NCBI GenBank assembly: GCA_963701075.1 | Contig: OY969559.1 | Coordinates: 128,001 to 192,000 of the forward strand | Length of the DNA: 64,000 bases | Origin: an uncultured Nitrososphaerota archaeon | Lineage (GTDB): Archaea; Thermoproteota; Nitrososphaeria; Nitrososphaerales; Nitrosopumilaceae | Direction of reading: 5' to 3' | Shown here: piece after piece, positions 19,791 to 31,155 of the stretch | Layout: each line of letters opens with the position of its first letter | How positions within the stretch are numbered: the stretch's first letter is position 1 | Position numbers and translations under genes: made by a program | Notes under the pieces: generated by a model | Told to the model about the DNA's origin: nothing | The model's input: the letters and a program-made list of their open reading frames with translations, nothing else | The model's database searches: none

Positions 19791-21338
19791 TCAGTATCCT
19801 GAGTGGCCGCCGTGTGGATTCTTTGCTTCTACAGGATAGTAATACTTGCCACCAAGTCCCCATGGATCGTCCATATTGGCTGGCTTGCCTTTTGCGGCAT
19901 AGTATATCAATGAGGCTAAGAATACTGCAAAGCTTGCTCCAATTATCCACGCTCCAATTGTTGCAATCTGGTTTAGCTGTGTCCATGACGTAAATTCTGG
20001 CGGATAGTCATAGACTCTTCTTGGCATTCCTTCAAGACCAAGCAAGTGTTGTGTGAAGAACGTCTGAACAGTTCCCCAGAACATTGCGACAAAGTGAACG
20101 CTTGCCCATTTTTCGCTGTACATTCTTCCTGTGATATATGGGAACATGTAGTATATCATGGCTACAAATCCAAATCCAATTGTTCCTACAAGGAACAAGT
20201 GCATGTGGCCTACTACCCAATAAGTTCCGTGCGAGATAAAGTCTAACGGCATTGCAGAGTTTAGCACACCGCCAGCACCTGCAGAGAAAAATAACGCAAT
20301 TCCACCAACTGCAAACTTCATTGGAGCTGCAAATCTAATTCTGCCTCCCCACATTGTTGCAAGGAAGTTAAAGACATGCATTCCTGATGCAGGAACTGCA
20401 GCTAGAGTACCAATCATAAAGACTACCTTTGTTGTAAAGTCCATTCCAGTAGAGTACATGTGATGTCCCCAAGAGGCAAAGCCTATGATACCAAGCATGA
20501 CAAATGCAAAGACACCGGAGGCCTGACTGTATAGCGGCTTTCTTGAGAACCGTGGTATAATCTCATACATCATTCCAATTGATGGTAACAGGAATATGTA
20601 CACCTCAGGATGGAACGTGAACCAGAACAAATGCAAGTATGCAATTGGATCTCCGCCTGCAAATGGATTAAAGAACGCGGAAATTCCAAGTCTGTCGGTT
20701 AGCATCATGATAAGTGCCGCGGCATATGTTGGCATTGCAACAATTGTCATCAAGGAAACTGTAAACATTGACCATGCAAATAATGGAACTCTTCTCAATG
20801 GAAGGTCTGGGTGTTTGCATTTGAGAATTGTTACAACAAAGTTAATTGATGATAAAATTGAGGATATGCCAAGAATTTTCATACCAAATATGAACATGTC
20901 TGCAGCAGGCCCAGGTGCTCTGATTATAGAGTATGGAGCATATGAGACCCAACTCGTATCTGCAAATCCAAGCCAGAGTAGTGCACCACCAACTGGATTC
21001 ATCCAGAATGCGATTGCGTTAAGTTTTGGATACGCCATGTCTTTGTATCTAACCATGATTGGAACTAGATAGTTACCAATACCGTTTGCAACCGGCAGAG
21101 CAAACAGGAAGAGCATTGTCAGACCGTGAACTGTAAATATTCTGTTAAATGTTGCCGAGTCTGAGATTAGGACTCCTTCTCCTGGGAAGAACAAGTGTGT
21201 CCTGATTATCATGGCCAAAACTCCACCCATAAACAAGAATGTGAGACCGGTTATGGTATAGAGATAACCCACATCAGTGTGGTGTGTTGAAAACATTATC
21301 TGCCAGACTGGTCGTGGCTTTTGAAGTTCTAGTACCAT
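19791..21338 (-). CDS. coxA: Heme-copper oxidase subunit I
   Basis: TVHG, HPEVY, WGHHM, GHMH, GMPRR. Confidence 0.96.
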   Translation of the reverse strand: MVLELQKPRPVWQIMFSTHHTDVGYLYTITGLTFLFMGGVLAMIIRTHLFFPGEGVLISDSATFNRIFTVHGLTMLFLFALPVANGIGNYLVPIMVRYKDMAYPKLNAIAFWMNPVGGALLWLGFADTSWVSYAPYSIIRAPGPAADMFIFGMKILGISSILSSINFVVTILKCKHPDLPLRRVPLFAWSMFTVSLMTIVAMPTYAAALIMMLTDRLGISAFFNPFAGGDPIAYLHLFWFTFHPEVYIFLLPSIGMMYEIIPRFSRKPLYSQASGVFAFVMLGIIGFASWGHHMYSTGMDFTTKVVFMIGTLAAVPASGMHVFNFLATMWGGRIRFAAPMKFAVGGIALFFSAGAGGVLNSAMPLDFISHGTYWVVGHMHLFLVGTIGFGFVAMIYYMFPYITGRMYSEKWASVHFVAMFWGTVQTFFTQHLLGLEGMPRRVYDYPPEFTSWTQLNQIATIGAWIIGASFAVFLASLIYYAAKGKPANMDDPWGLGGKYYYPVEAKNPHGGHSGY

Positions 21339-21396
21339 GTCATTACCTCTATCTTTTCAAATGTTTCTAATGTACATAAAATGTTTTTGGTTATTT

Positions 21397-21825
21397 TCAA
21401 GTGGCGTTATCATCCTCCACTACAAGCGATCCTCTCATGTTATAGTGCAAAAGACCACAATATTCTCTGCATTGTATAGGATATGTCCCTACCGTATCCG
21501 GTGCAAACCATGCATGATTTACATGACCTGGAACTGCATCTTCGAAGACTACCCAGTCTGGAATGTTAAATGAGTGCATTACATCTCTTGAATAGATCTC
21601 AAAGACATATGCATGGCCCTTCTTGACATGCAGAGTGCTAATCTCCTTTGTTCCATCTGCATGCTCAAAGCTCCAGTACCACTGCTGACCGGTTACTTTG
21701 ATAACTTCGGCATCGGCTGGAACGTCTTCAACTGCTTTTTGAACTATCCAAGAATCTACACCGACATAACATAAAACTGCAATAACGATAGCAACAAAGA
21801 CCCACTCGGCGGTATCGTGACCCAT
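21397..21825 (-). CDS. coxB: Heme-copper oxidase subunit II (CuA domain, one TM)
   Basis: GQQWYW, DVMHSF, CREYCGLLHYNM. Confidence 0.94.
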   Translation of the reverse strand: MGHDTAEWVFVAIVIAVLCYVGVDSWIVQKAVEDVPADAEVIKVTGQQWYWSFEHADGTKEISTLHVKKGHAYVFEIYSRDVMHSFNIPDWVVFEDAVPGHVNHAWFAPDTVGTYPIQCREYCGLLHYNMRGSLVVEDDNAT

Positions 21826-22137
21826 CTAATGACCGCCCTCGTCTTCATAGCTGCCAGCGGTTGGATCTTCAAGGTGTTCCCATTTGGTAGGAGTTTTGTT
21901 CTTTGGATTTGATTCTCTAAATCTCCAGCAAAGCCAGATTATTGTACCTGACACAATTGCGCCAACTGTAAATGCGGCAGTAGTCATTCTGAAGAACTCG
22001 TTCCACACCACTGCCCTTAGGTTGATGTATTGTTTTGGGGATGTTTGTTGTGCAAGCTGGGCATGTGCAAAGTAGATCTGGGGAACTAGGGCCAAAGCAA
22101 TTATCGTTATAATTGAAATAGCAATGAGGGTTTTCAT
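21826..22137 (-). CDS. Small cox-operon membrane protein (resembles subunit II N-terminal helix)
   Basis: Signal peptide plus TM ending WLCWRFRES. Abuts coxB. Confidence 0.7.
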   Translation of the reverse strand: MKTLIAISIITIIALALVPQIYFAHAQLAQQTSPKQYINLRAVVWNEFFRMTTAAFTVGAIVSGTIIWLCWRFRESNPKNKTPTKWEHLEDPTAGSYEDEGGH

Positions 22138-22575
22138 TTGCTGTTTTCACGTTCACTTCGCTTTCTATTTAAGCGTTTTGAAGATTGTCAGCGATCCATC
22201 AAGTTTTTTGAATATATTATAATGATCATATCTTTTTAAGAAAGTCATTCTTGCTCACACCATGAAAGTAACAAGTGTGCATGAGGACCCATACAAAAAA
22301 GGCGATCTAGACCGATCTTTAATTATTTAATGTACTATACATCAAAGAAAATTGCATCATAAAATTCTGGAATCATAATACGAAGTAATAGTATTCATTG
22401 ATGTAAAACGTCTTTCTCGATGTTTTACAGATACAAAAGATGGTAGAAATCCAGTTTAAGGCATTATCAGTTTTGTAAGACAAGCGAAGATTTCTCACAT
22501 AACTTCTCTGCAAAATAGATTTGAATCAAGTAACAGAATTCTTGTATTCCATAACTTTCGTTAGGAGTTTTCAGA

Positions 22576-22597
22576 TAAAAAGGAAAAGGGGGGAAAG
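22576..22597 (-). terminator. Pyrimidine/oligo-T terminator of the S-layer gene
   Basis: Pyrimidine-only T/C run ending TTTTCCTTTTT ~25 bp after the stop on the minus strand. Confidence 0.55.
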
Positions 22598-22621
22598 TTA
22601 GTTGTTTTTTGTATCTCTAGT

Positions 22622-25600
22622 CTACTGTACTGTGATAGTTGTACTCAATGGTGGCGACAGTGCGTTTGGATTGTCGATGCTCTGCCATACAAAGATTTGA
22701 GCAGTGTATGTGCCAGCTGTTGACGGAGTCCATGACTGGGCCGGGTTGAGTGACTGACCTGCAGACAGCGTACCTGTGATCCATGAGAGTGAGACAGTCA
22801 CACCGTTTGCATCCTGTATTTGTACAAGATATGCAAATGGCTGGTCTACGGTTTGTCCGTTAGCCAAATCAGCAGTCACTTGGATCTGCTGGCCTGTCTT
22901 GACGGTACCGTTGATTGCGTTGCCAAACGAGTCAACTATTCTTGGGTTGGTGGCCGGCGCTCTTTCGAGTGGAGGCACAACTGTACCAATGAATGTTGTC
23001 GCGGTCATGCGCAAGTCATCAGCCGTGGTGTATGGCGGAGGCAATGTTAGATCATCGTATTCGCCTGTTACTGTATCGCCTTGTGAGACGTGCAACCTGT
23101 TACCAGATGACTGGAAGTTGGTTGTAAAGTACACAGTACCTTGGAAGATACCGGTATCCTGGCCAGTCTCTGTCATGGTGAGTTTGATACCACCTGAATC
23201 AGAGTCAGACCACACGTTGGTGTCGAACTTGTCGATCGCCTTTGGATTGAGGTTCATGTCTGGGTCTACTATTTGCAATACTCCTTGACCGTTAACTGGG
23301 TAGCTTGCCTGTAACCATGAGACTTCACCGATGTTCCATCTGATCAATGCAGAGCCAGTAACTGTTTGATCTCTTGTGAATTCAAACGATACTGATACAC
23401 CGTCAGAGTCTTCTGCTGGGAGGAATCCGTTTGTTGGACCACAAGGCGTAGAGGCGGTACATGAGGAACCTGCGGTTCCACCTGTGCCGATTAGGCCTGT
23501 TGGTTCTGTTCCTTGTCCATCAACACCGCCGGTACCCTTGAGGGTTGGATCGCCGGTGAGGATGACATATCCAGTGAAGATACCTGTGTCGACTCCGGTT
23601 TCTGAGAGCTTGTAGTAGATCTGGTTGCCTCTAGTTGAGACGATAACCTGATCTTCGTCAGTCAGACCGATTGTGTCGATTAGGTTTGGATCAAAGTTGT
23701 GATCTGGTGCGACTACGGTAATGTAAACCATATCAGTCCAGGTGTATACCTTCTGGTCGAGTTCAACTGTTGCGCCAAAGTTAGACGTGTAGATTGTCAG
23801 CTCAATATCTTGGCTGTTTGAACCTACTGTCTTGGCACCTGCTGGACCCCAGTCAGTATATTCTAGGTTGATCTGTTCTCCTAATTCAAGCTGTGTAGTT
23901 CCCAGTTCTTCTGGAATCTTTATCACTGCTTGGAAGATACCTGTATCCTTACCAGTCTCTACAAATGTTGAGGGCTTGGCATCAAAGGACTCAAAGATAG
24001 ATTGGCTTGACGCTAGGTCAGCCAATGGACCCATGGTACCCTTGTATGCGTGTGAGTCCCACTCGATTAGATCAAGTGGTACTGTCTCAGCAGTTTGTGA
24101 GTCTAGGTTCAAGTCTGGTTCTACCAAGGTTAAGATCATGTCTGAACCAATGATATAGACGGACTTGTCGGATTGTAGTACACCGTTTCGTAAGTCAAAT
24201 GTTGCAGAGTCTGTGACAGTTCCAGGTTGACCTGATGCAGTTGCTGTATCATAGTATGTTACAGTTAGTACATCTCCCTGTCTTACACAGTAGCCGTTGT
24301 TGCCAGTTGCTAGTGTTGTATTCTCAAATCTTGAGCCAATGCTAGAACTAAAGCCAGCAGTACCGGTACTGATAGACGAGTCATAGTTGTCAACTACAGG
24401 ACAGTCGGTGCCTTGTGGACCGTCGGTTAGTTCTATTGGCAGGTTAGTCTGGAAGATTCCAGCGCCTGGTGAGATCTCAGCCATAGGGCCAAGATCTGGA
24501 ACTAATGCCCACAATGGTGAATTCAATGTGGGTAGCTGTGTATTGACCAAGTTCAGGATATGACCAGTAGTTTTTGCTGGACCACCTGCTGTTGCCAAGA
24601 GCACAGACTCACCTTGTCTTGTAATTTGGAACGCGACTGGACCGTTAGCTGAGCCAAAGACACCAGTATTGATGAAGTTGGTGCCTGAGCCAGATATGGT
24701 ATAGTCTGGGTCATTTACTCTTGCGTGCACAAGGACAATACCTGCTGGTAATGTCACTGCGTCCGTAACAGCAGAAGCTCCAGTTCCAAATGTTCTGACA
24801 AGTCCTGTTCCTGATAGATCTCTATGTAATGGGAATACACCGTTGAGGCTGCTAACAGTTGAGAGCAATGCATGGTTAGCATTAGATACATCATCAAAGT
24901 TTGCAGTTCCCAGTGTTGATGCTGTGTCTACTGTACCAAATGGTACTGGGTAGACAGATTTGTCCAACTTTACTGAGCCGGTGTTACCTCGGATACCAGC
25001 GTTGTCAGATACTTCAACCATTGTTCCAGATTGATCACGGAAGTCAACATAGTTGACCTTGACGTTCAATCCGTTGGTTGCAGTAGAGACGCCTGAAAGA
25101 CAGACGTGGTCTGGAATCTCAAATGTGCCTGTAAAGATGCCTGAACCTGCAGCAGTCTCAACTAGTGAGAATCCTGAGGCTGACAAGCTTGTTGCAAATC
25201 CACTAGGTGTTCCTGTGTTGTTGTCATCAGTTTGTGTGCTGGCAACAGCGCCGAAGCATTGGCTAGTATTTGGATTGGTTGGGACGTTTGAGTTAGACCA
25301 TCTCTGATCTGACTGACCCCATTGTACATCTAAGAGCCTGCCAATGGCTGAGCCATCAGAATATGTACCAAGACCTGATGCACCGATTGTATCGGTTGCT
25401 GGGTCTTGTGTACAATTGAAGCCTTTCTGGCCCGTGGCACATTGTGACGGGTTCGCGGCGACAGTCAAGCCAGCTTGTGGCGTAACTGCCGTATAGATTA
25501 CAACTAGGTCGTTGTTGGTATTCAAGTCTGGGTCGTTAACTGTAATTGTCACAGTGTCTCCTATCTTGTATGTCGTCTGGTCAAATGATACGGTTCCAGA

Positions 25601-28409
25601 GTGAGTTGGGATATCTTGCTGTGCAGATATCTGCGAGTTTACACCGTCAGCACCTAAATCTAGATAGGTTACTTGTGGTGCATTTGCGTCAGCCTGGATC
25701 ATATCTTGGATTGCTGCAAACAGAACATCGTGATTAATTGTCCTCAATTGGGTGTAGGTACTTGGGTTGAGAAGATTCAACTGGTTGAGCATCAGGAACT
25801 GTGTAGTTCCAGTAAAGACACCAGTGTTTGCACTGCTCTCTTGAAGCTCCCATCTGTAGATGGCGTTGTTTATTCTCTGGTTGTTATTTGTACCGTCTCC
25901 TACTATACCGATTGACATAAAGTCAGTAACCAGTGGCAAGTTCTTTGTAACAAAGCCATTGCCTGATGCACCAGCTACTGGCAGAACTGTTCCGCCAGTA
26001 GTAAATGAGTACATAAAGCCAAGGTCTGCTTTATTTGGAATGCCAAAGATTCTTTTTGCTATAACTGCTCCGTTGTCAACTACGCCAGGAGTGTATTGCA
26101 CATGATCAGTTGCAGTATTTGCATCTGGTTCATCTGCAGCAGTTCCTAGCTCGAGTGCCGTTCAAATTGACAAAGTCTTCCATATTGGTGTCATTTGCCA
26201 ATGAGATAAACACTGTATTTGCACATGTTGGTGCTGGACAGTTTCCGGCTATCTGTTCAACGGAGCCGTTGGTTGGGCTGATGAACGATGCTTTTCCAGT
26301 AGGTGAAGTGTCCACAGGAGCTGTGTTGTACGCCAAGAAGATTTGCACTGCTGTGGGGTCAACACCTGTCGCTCCGTTGAGGCTTGTTAGAGACCTCAAG
26401 TCAAAGTTGAGGAAGTTGAAACCATGGAATCTTGTTGTTGCAGTCGTTGTACCCGTTGCTGGGTTGTTGATTGTGTTCAACAAGGTCTGCATGGTTGCAC
26501 CCGTATCAAGAACGAGACCACCAGTGTTTTGTATTGTTGGGGTATTTGTTGATACTTGGAATGCTGGGACTACTCTGTTACTGAATTGTTCATCTACACC
26601 ATTGTCTGGATCGGTTGAAGAAGATGTGATGGAACTAGAACCGTTGAAGCCAAGTATGATTGTACCGTTAGCAAATTTACCTATTCCAAGGTTAATTTTA
26701 GATACAAAGATACCTGGATCAATGGCACCTGTTAGACAGGTGGGACAACCGCTGTTCAATGAGAATGGAGTTCCAATCTTCATTGTAGAGATTCTTCCTA
26801 CGTTACCATCATAATCATTGAGGTATTGATCAACTTTTGAGTTCGTGTTTGCGTTGTTATCCGTTAGTGTGACTGGAATTCTTGTACCTGATGACCAAGT
26901 GCCGTTTGCTGCAGTCATTGTAATTGTGCCAAATGAATAGCCGCCTACGATGCTTCCTCCAAGTTCATTATAGTTGAAGGTTGCAGACTGGCCTCTAATT
27001 GACTGTCCAAGTCCAGATTGCTCTGATGGAGTTAATGTTACAATGTCTGCTGTATGACTACCGTCCCAGTTGCCAAAGACACCTGTACTCACACCACCTT
27101 GTTCAAGGAATGTGATAGGCTCTGAACCAGCGTTGAAGCTAAGTCCAGTGTCTTGTACTGTGGTTGGATCACCACGTCCGCCACTTGCAATCACTTGTAG
27201 TCCGTTTTTCTGGAAGTCTACAACTCGGACGGCTTGTGCTTTCGGATTGAAAGTAAATGCGCCGTTGTGATTGAAGTTCATGGAGGTTAGGTTTCCAATC
27301 AGGTTCTGCATGGCTGGTGAACTTGCTGGTGCCTGAGGCATCAACGTGTTTCCTGCGCCACCAGATGCTGCTGAACCTAGTATACCGTCAGCCGCGACTC
27401 CACCGTTCTTGTTAAATGCTTCATAGAACAGTGTATTGTTCGTAGGGTTTGCACCCCATGTCCACGAGTCTGGGTCTGTCGGGTCTACGTTAAGCTGTGG
27501 GTCGTTCATAGTCAAGAACACTTGTGCGTTATCTGGATAGGATGTCCTATCTGGAGTTACGCTGATCAAGTTACTAGGAATTCTATCAAAAGTCAGGTTG
27601 ACGACTTGGTCGCCACCTGCAGCTGAATAGTCAACTGTTACTGGACTTGGAATAGCTGAGAAATCATATAGCTGGATTACTGGCCATATTTGTTCATATG
27701 CGCCGCTTGCGGCAAAGCCGTTACCGGCATTTGAACCAGTACCTGAACCGACAGTGCTCAGAGTCTTGTTCTCTCTGATCACATTTTCGGTGGTATTTTG
27801 ACTTACTGGGTTACCATTGATATCACCAGTTATTACAGCCGGAATAGTACACACATTGCTGAGTGCACCAATCGATGTTATCGAAAATGGTGATATTGGG
27901 TTTGTTGCAGCGCTTCCAGAAGTGGCATTACTGATTGCGTTTCTTGCAATAGTAAATCCTTTGGTGTTTGAATAATCAAGACCAGATCTCACTCCACCTA
28001 CGCTAGATGTTGGACCACAGAAGAAACCAAAGTTAAGACCTTTGCCAGCTACTGGAGCAGTCTTGCCTGCAATTTCAGCTTGATTTCTATCAGCAAAGTA
28101 TCCATACCAGTTACCGTCTGTACCCTGTGCCATTCTCAGTCTCTTACCGTTGACGTTCACGAGTGGTTCACCGTATGCTTGATTCAATTGTGATATGTTT
28201 GGATCAGATACGATTACTTGAACCACATCTGGACCGGCAAAGTAATTGTTGAACTGAGAGTTTTCAGCAGAGACAAACAAGTTAGGATGTGATGCTACCT
28301 GAGCGTGTGCTGCTGGCATTGCGTTTGGCAATGCAAATGCAGCGCTGCTCATAAGTAGTATAGTTAATAGTGATAGACTAGTTATTTTTCTTATTAGATT
28401 GTTGTACAT
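22622..28409 (-). CDS. slaA: Main S-layer protein (~1,928 aa), split by +1 indel at ~26150
   Basis: N-terminal NLFVSAENSQFNNYFAGP...KRLRMAQGTDGNWYGYFA, repeated ETG.DTGIF Ig-domain motifs, C-terminal P.ALSPP. Removing one base at AGCT 26148-26151 gives 1,929 codons. Confidence 0.9.
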
Positions 28410-28435
28410 AGTTATTGTAATTTTTGCACGATTTT

Positions 28436-28452
28436 AGATATATAAGTATAAT
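28436..28452 (-). promoter_or_regulatory. TATA box of the S-layer gene
   Basis: TTATATAT ~30 bp upstream of the ATG. Confidence 0.55.
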
Positions 28453-28584
28453 GGATGATTTGTTCACTTTTTGTGCAAAGATCATTTTATTTTGAATCTG
28501 GGAGCAACAATTATGAATAATCCACAAAGCTGCATCATAGATTTTACAATTTTGGTCATTTTTGTCAGATCGATGTAAGATTCC

Positions 28585-29460
28585 TTACTGCCGCTCACGC
28601 ATTAGTGTTGCCATTGAAAATAATATCACTGCCGTGACACATAAAATGGTCCCAACCAGAAATAAAATTATTGCAGCCATAAGCGAGCCCAAAAAGATTA
28701 CCTGCTTGTTAAGATATGCATTAAGGAACTGGTAGCCAATGATGGAACCTGCAATTACAAGAGCTATACCTGGAAGCCCGTAAAATGGAATTGGGTGTTT
28801 TACTGAAATAAATTTCAATGTATTCATCAGTACTGCGATACCATGCGGGACCGGGTTTTGCGTTGACGTGTCACCGTTATAGGATACAGTGATTGGAACT
28901 TCGGCCAAGCTTAATCCCTTGTTTGATATCTTTAGCAAAATTTCAGTTGATACTGACATGCCTGTTTCCGTTGGATGAATTGACTCTATTGCCTGCTTTG
29001 AGTATGCACGAAACCCGGACTGGGCATCACTTACCTTAAAGTCAGCTCCAAAGTTTGCAGCTGATGTTATAATTTTAATTCCCTGCCTTCGGTATCCTGG
29101 CGTACTGGAACTTTTGTCCAAGAATCTAGAACCGAGTACAACATCTACATTGTTTTCTTTTAACGTATCAAGCAAGAGTGGAATCTGATCAGGATTGTGT
29201 TGTCCGTCGCCGTCAATTGTTACCATGATATCGGCATTTTCCTGTCTTGCCCTGTCAAATAGTGTGATGATTGCTGCGCCATAGCCTTCATTTTTTTTGT
29301 GCGATATTACTGTCGCGCCGCTCTGCTTTGCAATTTTTGCCGTACTGTCAGTAGAGCCATCATCGCACACAATTACCTTATCTGCATGTTTTAGCGAGAG
29401 CCTTACCATATCTCCAATTACCTTTTCTTCGTTGTATGCCGGAATGCAGACAAGATTCAT
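28585..29460 (-). CDS. GT2 DPM1-like glycosyltransferase with C-terminal TMs
   Basis: IPAYNEE, DDGSTD, DGDGQH, DAQSGFRAY. Confidence 0.9.
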   Translation of the reverse strand: MNLVCIPAYNEEKVIGDMVRLSLKHADKVIVCDDGSTDSTAKIAKQSGATVISHKKNEGYGAAIITLFDRARQENADIMVTIDGDGQHNPDQIPLLLDTLKENNVDVVLGSRFLDKSSSTPGYRRQGIKIITSAANFGADFKVSDAQSGFRAYSKQAIESIHPTETGMSVSTEILLKISNKGLSLAEVPITVSYNGDTSTQNPVPHGIAVLMNTLKFISVKHPIPFYGLPGIALVIAGSIIGYQFLNAYLNKQVIFLGSLMAAIILFLVGTILCVTAVILFSMATLMRERQ

Positions 29461-30348
29461 ATCTTGAAAAGATTCTGCACCCACTCTTCTAATTTAGTTT
29501 CCGGTTCCCAACCAAGTAATCTTTTAGCTAAAGAGATATCAGCCTGACTTGCCCTCACGTTTCCCTCCGGTTCCTTTTGAAATATTGGCTCTAGGTTCTT
29601 TTTTGAGTATTTTATGAAAAGATTAGCTGAGATCAAGAATTGAGGTGGTAGTACCAGAACCGATATTGATGAAAGCAGAGCCTGTATCTTTTTCCATCGC
29701 AGATATCGTTGCACGTACTACATCTCCAACGAAGACAAAGTCTCGCAGCTGTTGACCGTCGCCATCTATTACCGGCGGCTTGTTTGCAATTATGTTTTGG
29801 TAAAATCTAGATATTACACCAGATGATGATATTGCCGGATTGTTTCCATATACGTTATAGTAACGCAGTCCCACTAGATCGCATTTGTATTTTTTTGCCA
29901 AGAGCTCGGCTTTGAGCTTTGTGACACCGTATGGGTTTACAGGTTTTAGTTCTGCAGATTCTAGAGTCGGTATTGTACTTGTGTTTCCATATACGCCTGC
30001 GCTGCTTGCAAACACTACCTTTGTGCCAGTCTTCTGCGCTATCTCAAATATGTTCTTGGTTCCATTCACGTTGACATCAAAGTACTCCTTTTCTTTTTGG
30101 TATGATTGTATAACAGATGTCAGTGCGGCATGGTGAAATATTCCGTCCTTTCCTGCAAGTATGTCAAGTTCTGAATCGTTGCGGATGTCAATATTGTGAA
30201 ATTTTATCTTGTCTTCAATACCAGACAAGTTAGAGCGGTTTCCCGTAGATAGATTGTCAATTACATCTACCTTGTGCCCTTGCTGCAATAATAGCTTGGT
30301 AAGGTTACTGCCTATGAACCCTGCACCGCCAGTTACGACATAATCCAA
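29457..30348 (-). CDS. NAD-dependent epimerase/dehydratase (GalE-like), split by +1 indel at ~29626
   Basis: TGGAGFIGS and YGVTK. Removing one base at AGCT 29625-29628 gives 297 codons. Confidence 0.85.
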
Positions 30349-30530
30349 TAGGACTAGTCAAAGAATGGCCCTAAATTAACTGCATACCCCTCAACGTCAA
30401 AGAATGCACAAATCTAGAGCAAGTTAATTTGCATTCAAAAATTCCAATACTTTATTGGAATCCCATGGCCCGCACAATGTGTTTGTTATCTAGAGTGCGA
30501 CATACCTGAATCTGTAGGGACAATACACTA

Positions 30531-30755
30531 CTATTGAACTAGTTCTATTTCTTTTACAGAATGACGCAAAACTTCTTCTATATCTTTAGATTTTTTCTTG
30601 GGAAGCATTATTTCTAGACCAAAGGCCTGTCCGTTTTCTGCAACATCTAGATAGGTGCCCTTGCCTAATGGTATGGTTTTAATAATTCGTTGTTTACCTT
30701 TTGCAAATTTCACGTATATTGCATTTGCTAATGGATCATATTGTGCTAAAACCAT
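30531..30755 (-). CDS. DUF2283-type putative antitoxin
   Basis: YDPLANAIYVKF...YLDVAENGQAFGLEI. Confidence 0.8.
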   Translation of the reverse strand: MVLAQYDPLANAIYVKFAKGKQRIIKTIPLGKGTYLDVAENGQAFGLEIMLPKKKSKDIEEVLRHSVKEIELVQ

Positions 30756-31029
30756 GTCTTTTCAATGCTCCTCTTGTTGTCCACATTACTGAAATAATCC
30801 AAACTGCTGTATTAAACTTGCTATGTACTATCAATAGATATGCTTGATTTTTGGTGTATGGGTGTATAGTTAAACCGTAGCTTTTGTAGTTATCTTCTCT
30901 TGGATCGTAAATTGTTTCTATAGGACTGTTAATTATAACTTCAATTTTTTTTTCAGATATATCACGTTGTTGACACCGTAATCTTGCATGTCTTGTTAGA
31001 CGTATAGAATATTTTTTTGTAGATGTCAA
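30736..31029 (-). CDS. DUF4258-type (RelE-like) putative toxin
   Basis: LTRHARLRCQQRDIS...IISVM. Overlaps the DUF2283-type gene. Confidence 0.8.
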   Translation of the reverse strand: MTSTKKYSIRLTRHARLRCQQRDISEKKIEVIINSPIETIYDPREDNYKSYGLTIHPYTKNQAYLLIVHSKFNTAVWIISVMWTTRGALKRHGFSTI

Positions 31030-31155
31030 TTTGTTTCTAGTGCGAGTAGTTTCAAGATAAGTTTTTCATTGTGCTGTTTCAACTCGATCATTTTACATCA
31101 AGTTTGAAAGTAAATCATTAGATAACATGTCAAATCAATGATATTATAGAACAAG

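Noticed and set aside
22262-22520. Possible degenerate ORF between the cox operon and the S-layer gene
   Set aside because: Multiple stops and no recognisable motif.
22622-28409. Split S-layer gene or programmed frameshift
   Set aside because: No slippery sequence is present. The break is at AGCT like all other indels, and one-base removal restores the ORF.
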